A DNA stretch of 64,000 bases. Origin: a bacterium (GTDB taxonomy: Bacteria; Verrucomicrobiota; Kiritimatiellia; RFP12; UBA1067). The notes beneath the pieces are model-generated. The model saw nothing but the letters and a program-made list of their open reading frames with translations, did not search any database and was not told the DNA's origin. Below are positions 51,206 to 60,573 of the stretch, piece by piece. Within the stretch, counting starts at the first letter, position 1; every line of letters begins with the position of its first letter. The position numbers and the translations under genes are program-made. The stretch lies in the NCBI GenBank assembly GCA_037133395.1, contig JBAXOG010000005.1, positions 985 to 64,984 on the forward strand, in the 5' to 3' direction.

Positions 51206-53772
51206 AATCTTTACGACACCACTCACGCGTCTGCGTCCTGATCTCGCTCACCGCTCTGCTGTTGGCTCCGCTGGCCGTCCATGCGGCAGACCCGGCATCG
51301 GCAAACGACCGCGCTAATGTACTAACACGTAGAGTTGAGACAAAGGCCGAGCCGTTTGATCTGCGGGAGGTGCAGCTCCTGGAGGGACCCTTCAAGCATG
51401 CCCAGGATGTCACGCGCCAACTGCTTCTGAAGATGGACGTGGATCGGATGTTGTATCCGTTTCGCCGTGAGGCGAAACTCCCTTCGCCAGTGAAGGGGCC
51501 TGACGAGTTGAAATTTGATCACACGGGTCACGTGGCCGGCCACTATCTGTCCGCTTGCGCCATGATCATTCGCAACACGGGAGATGTTGAGCTCAAGAAG
51601 AAGGCCGATGGTGTGGTCGCTGTGCTTGCGGAATGCCAGGCAAAAATGGGTAACGGTTACCTCGGCGGCTTTCCTGAAAAATCCATTCTTCATCTTGAGG
51701 GGTTGATTAAAGATCCCCCGGTCAATGCAAATGTCCCCTGGTATTGTCTCCACAAGATCTATGCCGGCCTGCTCGACATGGCTGTGCTGGCCGAGAATCA
51801 GCAAGCATTTGATGTGTTGAAAAAAGCGATTGATTGGGTTGATAAAAATACCAACCAGCTCTCGGATGAGAAAATGCAGGGGATGTTGGGCACCGAACAT
51901 GGTGCGATGAACGAGTTGCTGGCCAATCTCTATGCGGCGACAGGTGATGCAAAACACTTCCGCCTTGCGCAACGTTTTAATCACAAGAAGCTGCTCGATC
52001 CGTTTGTTAAGGGTGAAGATCCACTGGATGGGTATCACGCCAACACCCAGATACCCAAATTTGTCGGCGCGGCCAGGGAATATGAACTGGGTGGCGAAGT
52101 GGATCTTGGAACCGCAGCAGTCCATTTCTGGAATGCTGTCATTGCGGACCGCACATACGTAACTGGGGGCAACAGTTATTATGAGCTTTTCTCACCCAAG
52201 GGTTATTTGTCTCACTTCCTCGGGGAGAGGACCACCGAGAGCTGCAATGTTTACAACATGTTGAAATTGACGCGGACTCTTTTCTGTACGGATCCAAAAG
52301 CCGTTTATGCCGACTACTATGAGCGGGCGTTGCTCAACCACATTTTATCCACGCGTGATCCCGAAACAGGAGGTCAACTCTATTATCAGCTCCTGCAAAG
52401 CGGCAACACCAAAGGGTTGCCCAACGGGTGGGTCACGGGGTGGCGCTTTATTTTCAACGAAGGGCCGAATGCCAAGCTTTATGGACACGAATCCCAGTGC
52501 TGTCAGGGCTCCGGCCTGGAAAGCAACGCGAAGTATGCTGACAGCATTTATTTTCACAACGGAGTGAAGGAACTGTATGTCAACCTGTTCATTCCATCAG
52601 TCCTGAATTGGAAAAGTAACGGGCTGACCCTACGGCAGGAAACCAAATATCCGGAGCAAGGATCGACCAAGCTGCTCTTTGCCTGTCAAAAGCCCGTGTC
52701 GTTGAACGTGAAGATCCGCCATCCGGGGTGGGCGACGAAAGGGTTTGAGATCCTGATTAACGGGAAGAAACAGGAAATCACAAGCACCCCGGGCAGCACT
52801 GTGCAGATTGAGCGGACGTGGGCGGACGGGGATCGTGTGGACGTGATGATGCCCATGAGTTTGCGCATGGAAGGGTTCAAGGACGACCCTAGGCGCATTG
52901 CGCTCATGTATGGTCCGATGGTCATGGCTGGTGTCACCGAACAGGGCAACCCCTTCTCGGTGATTGAATCTAAGGACGATAGCTTTCTTGAGACGCTCAA
53001 ACCCATCGACGGCAAGCCGCTGCACTTTGAGGGGCCGGCCAGCATTTTTCGTACATCACCCCTCTGCGTATCCGACAAGCCCGTCGTCTTCCGTCCGCTC
53101 TATTCGAATTTCACTGAGCCCTATGCGATATTCTGGGACATCGTGACGCCGGCCAGTTTTGAAAAAATGGCTACGCAAGTCCGCGCCGAAATTAAGCTCC
53201 AGAAAGAATGCGAAACGCGCACCGTGGATATGGTCCAATGTGGACGCGGCAAGGAGATGTTCACGTTCCAAACGATGTTGCTCGCCAACAAGGACTGGAT
53301 GGTTCGATCCATGCCACAGATCAGCGAAGGGAAACACGGGCTCAAGACCCCGGAAGTCCCTGTCAAATCGCCCAAAGGTCGTTCCTCCAGCTATGTCCAG
53401 TTCCTCGCACACAAGATGTTCTTCAACCTTCCCGGACACTTCCGTTCACTGGAGGCCGGGGATTGGTGCTCGTATCAGATGCAGGTGCTTCCTCAACAAG
53501 AACAGCAACTGGATGTGCGCCTTTGGAAAGCACCCTTGCGCGACCTCGGAGCATGGGCACAGAAACAGGGGAAACTGGAGATCGTGGTCGAGGGCCGCGG
53601 GTTGACGACTTGTGAAGTCGAGCGCCTTCCCTGTGGGCAGTTTTCCACCCTTGCCTGCCCGCTTCCGCCTGATCTGTTGGGCGACAAGAAAAAAATCGAA
53701 GTGCTGCTGCGCGTCCCGGCCGATTCCTCGCCGGTCTATGGCATCTACGAATGCCGCATCCTGACGAAATAG
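51202..53772 (+). CDS. Glycoside hydrolase family 127/146 (DUF1680; beta-L-arabinofuranosidase type)
   Basis: The ORF track gives 51169..53772. ATG 51202 overlaps the upstream TGA as ATGA and gives the signal peptide MKSLRHHSRVCVLISLTALLLAPLAVHA. Motifs: VQLLEGPFKHAQD...MLYPFR, TESCNVYNMLKL and QCCQGSG, which is the Glu/Cys-Cys-Cys metal-site pattern of GH127. Confidence 0.75.
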   Translation: MKSLRHHSRVCVLISLTALLLAPLAVHAADPASANDRANVLTRRVETKAEPFDLREVQLLEGPFKHAQDVTRQLLLKMDVDRMLYPFRREAKLPSPVKGPDELKFDHTGHVAGHYLSACAMIIRNTGDVELKKKADGVVAVLAECQAKMGNGYLGGFPEKSILHLEGLIKDPPVNANVPWYCLHKIYAGLLDMAVLAENQQAFDVLKKAIDWVDKNTNQLSDEKMQGMLGTEHGAMNELLANLYAATGDAKHFRLAQRFNHKKLLDPFVKGEDPLDGYHANTQIPKFVGAAREYELGGEVDLGTAAVHFWNAVIADRTYVTGGNSYYELFSPKGYLSHFLGERTTESCNVYNMLKLTRTLFCTDPKAVYADYYERALLNHILSTRDPETGGQLYYQLLQSGNTKGLPNGWVTGWRFIFNEGPNAKLYGHESQCCQGSGLESNAKYADSIYFHNGVKELYVNLFIPSVLNWKSNGLTLRQETKYPEQGSTKLLFACQKPVSLNVKIRHPGWATKGFEILINGKKQEITSTPGSTVQIERTWADGDRVDVMMPMSLRMEGFKDDPRRIALMYGPMVMAGVTEQGNPFSVIESKDDSFLETLKPIDGKPLHFEGPASIFRTSPLCVSDKPVVFRPLYSNFTEPYAIFWDIVTPASFEKMATQVRAEIKLQKECETRTVDMVQCGRGKEMFTFQTMLLANKDWMVRSMPQISEGKHGLKTPEVPVKSPKGRSSSYVQFLAHKMFFNLPGHFRSLEAGDWCSYQMQVLPQQEQQLDVRLWKAPLRDLGAWAQKQGKLEIVVEGRGLTTCEVERLPCGQFSTLACPLPPDLLGDKKKIEVLLRVPADSSPVYGIYECRILTK

Positions 53773-53824
53773 GTAACAACGTTGAAAAGCGCGAATCGTA
53801 TAAATGAAAAATAGGGAATGACTC

Positions 53825-56245
53825 ATGAGAAAAACAAATAGAATTAGTAGAATGACCGGACGTGCGTTATCTGTTTTTTGTCTTTTTGGTTTGGGCGCGG
53901 TCGCTGAAAACGCTCCGTCCGCTTTCCTTATGCCGAGCCGCATGACCTCTGTCCCGGCGGGACAGGTTCATGAGTTGGGCGGCTTTATCGGGGAGCGATA
54001 TCGACTCAACACCGAAGCGCGCCTGCTCGGGGACCTCGGCTTTGAATACGAGAAGTTTTTGCGCATGGTCGAAGAGAAGAAGACCGCGCAATGGTGTTTT
54101 GTCGGCGAGCATCCGGGTAAGTGGCTGGAGGCGGCCATCTGGTCATCACAGGCCACGGGCAATGCCGCGCTGCGTGCCAAGGCCGAGGAGACATTGCGCC
54201 GCATGATCGCGGCACAGGAACCCGACGGATATCTGGGTATCATGGCGACCTCGCTGCGCACGCCGGCGCAGCCGTTGCGCGGCATGGATCCCTACGAGCA
54301 GTATTTCACATTGCACGCGCTGATCACCGCGTACGAGGCCTGGGGTAGCAAGCCGGCATTGGAAGCGGCCAAGAAACTCGCGGACTATTACGTCAACACC
54401 GTCGGACCGGGGAAAGTCGAGTTCTGGCCCAAGCATGAGGATCGATCCAATGGCTGCGGAACGATCGCCGGTCATGCGGCTCACCAGTGTCTTGAAGGGA
54501 CGCTCTTCATTGATCCGATGATGCGGCTCTACCAGGCCACGGGCGAGAAGCGGTATCTGGAGTGGACTCAATGGGTGGTTGCCAACATCAACCGCTGGGG
54601 TAAGATGAATGATCCCAAGCTCAACGTGTTCGACGATCTCGACCTCGTGGCTGACGGCAAGAAGACCATTGGCGCGGTGAAGGGCTGGTCCCACAGCCAC
54701 ACGTGGCACATGAATTTTTTGGGGATGCTCAGGCTTTATCAAGCGACCGGCGATGCTACGCTGTTGCGCAAAGTCGAAGGCGCCATGCGGGATATCATGA
54801 GCCGGCAGGTTTTTGCGACAGGCGCGGTGAGTGTGCATGAGTGTTACCAAACGGATCAACTCCTGCCAAACGGTTCGGCGGTTGCAGAAACCTGCGCCAG
54901 CATGTCGTGGCTGGAGCTTAATCAATACCTGCTCGAAATGACGGCTAACCCAGTTTATGCGGATACGATCGAAAAGGTGATGTTTAATCATCTGCCTGCG
55001 GCACAGGCGAGTGATGGAGGAGGCTTCGGTTATCACACCGCACTCGTGGGAACCAAGGTACGCCAGATGGGCGGACAAACGTGCTGTCAAGGCAGTGGTC
55101 ATCGTGCGACCGCTGAGTTGGTACGTTTCTTCTATGCCACGGACAAGGAGGGTCTCTATGTCAATCAGTTCGTTCCTTCAACAGTCCGTCTTAAATTAGC
55201 GACGGGCACGGGGGTGACGCTCAAGCAGGCGACAGGGTATCCGAACGATGAAACGATCCGGATCGACGTGACACCCGAAAAAGCCGAGCGCTTTGCACTG
55301 CGCGTTCGACTGCCGAGTTGGTGTGAAAAACCGGTTTTGACGGTCAACGGCAAGCCGGTGTCTGATCTGAAACCCGGTTCCTATTGCGCGCTGAAACGAG
55401 AATGGAAGGCGGGCGACGTGGTGGAACTTCGTTTACCGATGACCCCGTACTGGCTGAAGGGCGAGTATAACAACAGCGGGTTGGTCTGTTTGAAACGCGG
55501 ACCGCTGGTCTACATGGTTGATGGGATCTGGGTTGAGGGTGGGCTGCGGGACTTGCGGTCGATGGAAGCCGTTGCCGTCGATATCTGTGCGGCACCTGTT
55601 GTGGAAGCGCTTCCTGCGGGGTTTATGGGGCCGGCCTTGGCCGTACCTGTCCGGATCGTGGACCAACCGGCCAAGGTTGTGAAGATGGTGCCTTTTGCCA
55701 ATGCCGGTCGCTGGTATATTGACGAGGCCGACAAGGAAAAACGTCCGGATCGGAATTTGTATGGCGCATGGTTGGCTCCTGTTGGCAGTGAACGTAACGC
55801 CGCGGCAGTCAGCTTAGAGGTGGCACGCCGCGTAGAACTTCCGAACGTCATTGATCGGACGGGGCCTTCGTTCAAAGATGAGGCGCACAACCCGCAGAAC
55901 GGTAAGGAAAAGCCATCGGGGTGGTCGCATCTCGGGTATCGGACCCGGCACAGCGGCGACTGGTTCAGTTGGGATCTGAAGGTCCTGCCTGATGTGCCCA
56001 TCACCCTGCGCGTGGGTTGCTCCGGCGGTGAGTTCGGTATTAAAAAGTTTTCGTTTGATGTGCTGGTGGACGGGCAGAAGGTCGGAGAGATGAAGGTTCC
56101 AGCACCGGAAGGTCGCGTAGATGGCGTCTTTGCTTTGCCTGCGGAACTCACAAAGGGCAAGGACAAGGTCACGGTGCGCTTCCAAGCCCACCCGGGTAAA
56201 CAGGCTGGACGTGTCTTCGATCTCCTCACCATCAAAGGGAAATAA
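53825..56245 (+). CDS. Second GH127/146-like (DUF1680) glycoside hydrolase
   Basis: 806 aa with a signal peptide. Motifs: GEHPGKWLEAAIW, AETCASMSWLELNQYLL and TCCQGSGHRA. Confidence 0.65.
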   Translation: MRKTNRISRMTGRALSVFCLFGLGAVAENAPSAFLMPSRMTSVPAGQVHELGGFIGERYRLNTEARLLGDLGFEYEKFLRMVEEKKTAQWCFVGEHPGKWLEAAIWSSQATGNAALRAKAEETLRRMIAAQEPDGYLGIMATSLRTPAQPLRGMDPYEQYFTLHALITAYEAWGSKPALEAAKKLADYYVNTVGPGKVEFWPKHEDRSNGCGTIAGHAAHQCLEGTLFIDPMMRLYQATGEKRYLEWTQWVVANINRWGKMNDPKLNVFDDLDLVADGKKTIGAVKGWSHSHTWHMNFLGMLRLYQATGDATLLRKVEGAMRDIMSRQVFATGAVSVHECYQTDQLLPNGSAVAETCASMSWLELNQYLLEMTANPVYADTIEKVMFNHLPAAQASDGGGFGYHTALVGTKVRQMGGQTCCQGSGHRATAELVRFFYATDKEGLYVNQFVPSTVRLKLATGTGVTLKQATGYPNDETIRIDVTPEKAERFALRVRLPSWCEKPVLTVNGKPVSDLKPGSYCALKREWKAGDVVELRLPMTPYWLKGEYNNSGLVCLKRGPLVYMVDGIWVEGGLRDLRSMEAVAVDICAAPVVEALPAGFMGPALAVPVRIVDQPAKVVKMVPFANAGRWYIDEADKEKRPDRNLYGAWLAPVGSERNAAAVSLEVARRVELPNVIDRTGPSFKDEAHNPQNGKEKPSGWSHLGYRTRHSGDWFSWDLKVLPDVPITLRVGCSGGEFGIKKFSFDVLVDGQKVGEMKVPAPEGRVDGVFALPAELTKGKDKVTVRFQAHPGKQAGRVFDLLTIKGK

Positions 56246-56246
56246 C

Positions 56247-56337
56247 GAAAGATCGGTGCCTTTTTGCAAGTGAAGGCATGAAAGATCGATGCCTTTTTGC
56301 AGTTTAAATAGTAAAAGATCGGTTGCTTTTTGCAGTT
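56247..56337. repeat. Three direct repeats of about 24 bp (period about 33 bp) upstream of the ATPase gene
   Basis: gaaagatcggtgcctttttgcaag (56247-56270), gaaagatcgatgcctttttgcagt (56280-56303), aaaagatcggttgctttttgcagt (56313-56336). Confidence 0.7.
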
Positions 56338-56391
56338 TTATGTGTTACGGTGATGGTGTTTTAGCAAACCAAAATCCGTACAGGGGAGTTT

Positions 56392-57711
56392 ATGAAAAGG
56401 GTTGTAACACAAAGACTTAAGGCGTGGAAAGAAGGGCTAAACCGTAAGCCACTTGTTCTCAGCGGAGCACGACAGGTCGGGAAGACCTGGTTGATGAAGG
56501 CGTTTGGGAAAGAAGCGTTCACGAATGTTGCCTATATCAACTTTGATGGAAATCCACGGATGCAACAGTTGTTTTCCTTGGATTACAGCATTCCGCGTCT
56601 GTTGAGTGGCCTGCAGGCGGAGTCCGCTACCGTGATCGAGCCCGGCAAAACGCTGATCATTTTTGATGAGATCCAAACGAATCCCGCAGCCTTGACATCG
56701 CTCAAATATTTTTGCGAGGAGGCGCCTGACTATGCGATCATTGCGGCTGGTTCCTTGCTTGGGGTCTCTCTTCAACAGGGGACGGGTTTTCCTGTTGGAA
56801 AGGTGGATACGCTCGACCTTTGCCCGATGAGTTTCACCGAGTTTCTTGAGGCGCTTGGAGAAACCCAGCTTGTCGAGATGCTGAACAGCCGGGATTGGGC
56901 ACTCATCTCCGCGTTCAAGAGCAAATATATCGATTGGCTCCGCAATTACTATTTTGTGGGTGGCATGCCTGAAGCCGTTGCCATATTCAGGGAGCGGCGG
57001 TCATACAAAGAGGTACGGCTTATGCAACAGCGTCTTCTCCGGGACTACGAAAGGGACTTTGCAAAACACGCTCCAAAGGAAATGGTTCCTCGTTTAAGCA
57101 TGTTGTGGAACTCTATTCCAGCACAACTTGCGAAGGAGAACAAGAAATTCTTCTATGGCATGGTTCGGGTCAGCGCACGCGCTAAAGATTTTAAGACCGC
57201 CCTGCAATGGCTGATTGGGGCGGGGTTAATTTCTAAGGTCGACCATGTATCGAAACCGAACATCCCGCTTTCTGCTTATGCCGAATCCTCTTTTAAACTC
57301 TTTACGCTGGATGTCGGATTGCTCACGGCTCAATGCCGGTTGGACGTAAAGACCTTACTTGAAGGGAATGCGATTTTTACGGAATTCAAAGGCGCGTTGA
57401 CCGAACAGTATGTGCAGCAGCAACTGAGGGCTGAGTGTGACATCCTTCCGAACTACTGGTCGGCATCCAGTGGAAATGCAGAGGTCGATTTTCTCTTTCA
57501 GGAAGGGAACGATATTTTTCCTGTTGAAGTCAAAGCCGAAGAAAACCTTCGGGCGAAGAGCCTGAAAATATATGTCCAGAACTTCTCGCCAAAAACGGCT
57601 TTTCGTACCTCCATGTCGGATTATCGTAAAGAAGCATGGCTCGTCAATCTCCCGCTTTATGCCATCGGACAGATTCAAAAAGAGTGCGAAGGGAAAATAA
57701 ATGAAGGATAA
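56392..57711 (+). CDS. AAA-family ATPase with a DUF4143-type C-terminal domain (AAA_14/DUF4143 architecture)
   Basis: Walker A SGARQVGKTWLM, Walker B-like LIIFDEIQ, 439 aa, and AT-richer than the neighbouring hydrolase genes. Confidence 0.7.
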   Translation: MKRVVTQRLKAWKEGLNRKPLVLSGARQVGKTWLMKAFGKEAFTNVAYINFDGNPRMQQLFSLDYSIPRLLSGLQAESATVIEPGKTLIIFDEIQTNPAALTSLKYFCEEAPDYAIIAAGSLLGVSLQQGTGFPVGKVDTLDLCPMSFTEFLEALGETQLVEMLNSRDWALISAFKSKYIDWLRNYYFVGGMPEAVAIFRERRSYKEVRLMQQRLLRDYERDFAKHAPKEMVPRLSMLWNSIPAQLAKENKKFFYGMVRVSARAKDFKTALQWLIGAGLISKVDHVSKPNIPLSAYAESSFKLFTLDVGLLTAQCRLDVKTLLEGNAIFTEFKGALTEQYVQQQLRAECDILPNYWSASSGNAEVDFLFQEGNDIFPVEVKAEENLRAKSLKIYVQNFSPKTAFRTSMSDYRKEAWLVNLPLYAIGQIQKECEGKINEG

Positions 57712-57715
57712 AAGA

Positions 57716-59176
57716 ATGACTAAGAAATATCGGGTGATAGCACTTGTGATGGTTGCGGGATTTTTGGCTAACGCTGAAACGGCTGTTCATGGCAGGAGGT
57801 CCCAGTTTGCAGTACCCGTACTGACGGGCGACTATGCTGATCCGTCGATTGTGAAGGTCGAGGGGACGTATTATATGACGCATAGTTCGTTTCGGTATGC
57901 GCCGGGGCTGCTGATTTGGAAATCAACGGATCTGCTGAACTGGACGCCGGTGACGTACGCGCTTCAGCAGTATCATGGCGATGTGTGGGCGCCCGATCTA
58001 GTTCATCACAACGGAAAATTTTATATTTACTACCCCAATAATTTCGGGAAGTTTGTGGTCATGGCGGACACGATTGAAGGGCCGTGGAGCAAGCCCGTAA
58101 AGATCGAATGCCATGGTATTGATCCGGGACATGTGGTCGGTCCGGATGGCAAACGTTATCTGCATACCTCCGATGGATATGTGATGCCGTTGACGGACGA
58201 CGGCCTTGCGTCGGCAGGCAAGCAGGAAAAGGTCTATGACGGATGGAAATATCCAGAAGCATGGAGCACTGAGAATTTTTGCTTGGAATCTCCGAAACTG
58301 ATTTTCAAAGACGGCACATATCACCTCTTCTGCGCGCAGGGCGGGACGGCCGGGCCGTCCACGAGCCACATGGTAGTCCATGCGCGGTCAAAGACGCCCA
58401 CAGGGCCCTGGGAAAACTCGCCCTATAATCCGTTGGTGCGCACAACGAGCCGAGAAGAAAAATGGTGGTCCCAAGGGCATGGAACAGTATTTGAAGGCGA
58501 CAAGGGATCGTGGTGGATGGTGTATCACGCCTATAATCGCGATAACTTACCGCTGGGTCGGCATACTTTGTTGGCGCAAATGGAATGGACGTCGGATGGC
58601 TGGTTGAAATATGCGAGTAAGTCAGAGCCTGTCCGCACAGAAACACCTGTAGCCATCTCCGATGATTTCTCAAGCAAGACACTGGGGATGCACTGGCAAT
58701 TTTGGGATGCTTATGAGCCAGAGCGTGTCACGCTTGAGAATGCATCGCTCACGCTGAAGGGCAAAGGTAAGGCTGCGGGCGAGTCCTCTCCCTTGTGTGT
58801 AATGGCACGGCAAAGCCGATATGAAGTGACTGTGGATGTTGAAATTGATGGGAATGCACAGGCCGGACTCCTGTTGTTTTATAACGCGAAACAATACGTG
58901 GGTGTTGCCATTGACGGCAAAAAAGTCCTTGCCGGCGAACACGGGGAGTTGCGTGTTCTGCGCGAGCCCGCAGAACGGCGTATGCGCTTGAAGATCGTCA
59001 ACGACTTCAACGATGTGACCTTCTTTGTGAACGGCAAGAAAGTCTACAACGGAATCTATGTCGGCGGTTACTCAACGCACACCTTTGGTGGATTCCTTGC
59101 GTTACGTCCTGCGATTTATTGTTCAGGGGAAGGCCGCGCCATTTTCCGCGCGTTCAAGGTTGCGCCCTTAAAATAA
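57716..59176 (+). CDS. Glycoside hydrolase family 43 (beta-xylosidase/alpha-L-arabinofuranosidase type) with a C-terminal concanavalin-like domain
   Basis: The ORF track gives 57701..59176. ATG 57716 gives the signal peptide MTKKYRVIALVMVAGFLANA. Motifs: DYADPSIVKVEGTYYMTHSSF, STDLLNWTPV, VWAPDLVHHNGKFYIYY and LESPKLIFKDGTYHLF. Confidence 0.8.
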   Translation: MTKKYRVIALVMVAGFLANAETAVHGRRSQFAVPVLTGDYADPSIVKVEGTYYMTHSSFRYAPGLLIWKSTDLLNWTPVTYALQQYHGDVWAPDLVHHNGKFYIYYPNNFGKFVVMADTIEGPWSKPVKIECHGIDPGHVVGPDGKRYLHTSDGYVMPLTDDGLASAGKQEKVYDGWKYPEAWSTENFCLESPKLIFKDGTYHLFCAQGGTAGPSTSHMVVHARSKTPTGPWENSPYNPLVRTTSREEKWWSQGHGTVFEGDKGSWWMVYHAYNRDNLPLGRHTLLAQMEWTSDGWLKYASKSEPVRTETPVAISDDFSSKTLGMHWQFWDAYEPERVTLENASLTLKGKGKAAGESSPLCVMARQSRYEVTVDVEIDGNAQAGLLLFYNAKQYVGVAIDGKKVLAGEHGELRVLREPAERRMRLKIVNDFNDVTFFVNGKKVYNGIYVGGYSTHTFGGFLALRPAIYCSGEGRAIFRAFKVAPLK

Positions 59177-59187
59177 AGAAACGGTGG

Positions 59188-59365
59188 AGCATCTGTGATT
59201 CATTGACCTGTTGACTGGGGCAGATAGGCTGGGCGAATAGGCGTCCCCGCCTGTTCTCTGATCCGGCAACTGCCGGAGCGGTTCCCGAACTAGCCATTTA
59301 TCCCCGGCCACTGTACAGGCGGGGACGCCTATACGCCCAGGGGTTGCAACAATTTGTAATCATAA
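59188..59365. repeat. Palindromic element E2 (second copy of the E1 family)
   Basis: gagcatctgtgattcattgacctgttgactggg...ctgggcgaataggcgtccccgcctgt ... acaggcggggacgcctatacgcccagg, with a nested tccggca-ac-tgccgga hairpin. It starts 12 nt after the GH43 stop. Confidence 0.65.
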
Positions 59366-59474
59366 CCGAAATGCACCTATTGGAATGTTTTTATCGTTTG
59401 ATTTTTAAGCAAAGTATATTATTATAATCATCGTTTTTTGTTGCATCAGTAAAATTACAAAAGGAGAATGAAGA

Positions 59475-60437
59475 ATGATATCACGTCGTCTGTTCATGAA
59501 TACCACTGTGGCAGCGGTATGTGCGGTTAATTGTATGCTGAACACTCAGGCAGCCGATGAGTATGCCCTCACGCCGGAGTGGCAGGCGGCGATGGAGAAG
59601 ATCGCCCCGAGTAAAGCTATGTGCGCTCCGAAAAAAGAGCGAACCGTACTGGTATTCTCTTTGATTACTGGATTTGATCATAAGGTAGCCCCCAAAACGG
59701 CTGCGATCGTGAAGATGCTGGGAACCAAGACAGGCGCCTGGAAGGTTGTTGAGAGCAATGACATCGAACAATTCATGCCCGAAACCCTGAAAGCTTATGA
59801 TGCGGTGGTTCTGAACAACAACTGTCCCACTGGCAAAGATCGTGATATCTTTCGCGATGTCCTGATTAATCTGGTGGATAAATATGGAGCAAAATATAAA
59901 GAGCTACCCCTTGCTGAACGCGAGGCAAAGGCCAAGGCGCTTCTGATCTCCTTGTTAAACTATGTGGAAAATGGCGGGGGCCTGATTGCTCTGCACGGCG
60001 CAATCGCCAACTTCAACAGCGATGAACGCTTCAGTGCGTTGCTGGGAGGCAGCTTTGATTTTCATCCGGCAGCACAGGAGGTCACACTGAATCCAGTTGA
60101 TGCGAGTCATCCCTTGACGAAATGCTTTGAAGGAAAATCGTTTATTCACAAGGATGAGCCTTATCTCTTTACCCGAGCTTATACAAAGATGAATTTTAAG
60201 CCTCTGCTTGAGATGGATATGGCTAAGATTAAGACGGATAAGCGGCTTGCTAAATTGCCACCGATGAAACGGTATACCGCCTGGATTAAACGTCAGGGCA
60301 AAGGCCATGTTTTTTACTGCTCTCCCTCGCATTTCCCGGCGAGCTATGATCAGCCGGCCCTGTTGCAGTTTCTGCTCGGCGGCATTCAGTACGCTCTGGG
60401 CGATCTCGATTGCGACGACGCGCCTATCACGAAGTAA
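59475..60437 (+). CDS. ThuA-domain protein (class-I glutamine-amidotransferase-like fold), secreted
   Basis: 320 aa. Motifs: VLVFSLITGFDHKVAP, LKAYDAVVLNN, GGGLIALHGA, FHPAAQEVTLNPVDASHPLTKCF and HKDEPY, matching ThuA-family patterns from memory. Confidence 0.55.
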   Translation: MISRRLFMNTTVAAVCAVNCMLNTQAADEYALTPEWQAAMEKIAPSKAMCAPKKERTVLVFSLITGFDHKVAPKTAAIVKMLGTKTGAWKVVESNDIEQFMPETLKAYDAVVLNNNCPTGKDRDIFRDVLINLVDKYGAKYKELPLAEREAKAKALLISLLNYVENGGGLIALHGAIANFNSDERFSALLGGSFDFHPAAQEVTLNPVDASHPLTKCFEGKSFIHKDEPYLFTRAYTKMNFKPLLEMDMAKIKTDKRLAKLPPMKRYTAWIKRQGKGHVFYCSPSHFPASYDQPALLQFLLGGIQYALGDLDCDDAPITK

Positions 60438-60573
60438 TGAGTCACCGAGCATCCATGAAGAGAAAGCGTGACCTTGTGAGCTGAGGGCCTTAACATGGTT
60501 TTTTCGTCCTTGTAATCCCCTTACTGCTGTCGTATACTTCTTGAAATCTATTCTAAAAAAAGGGTTTGCATCT

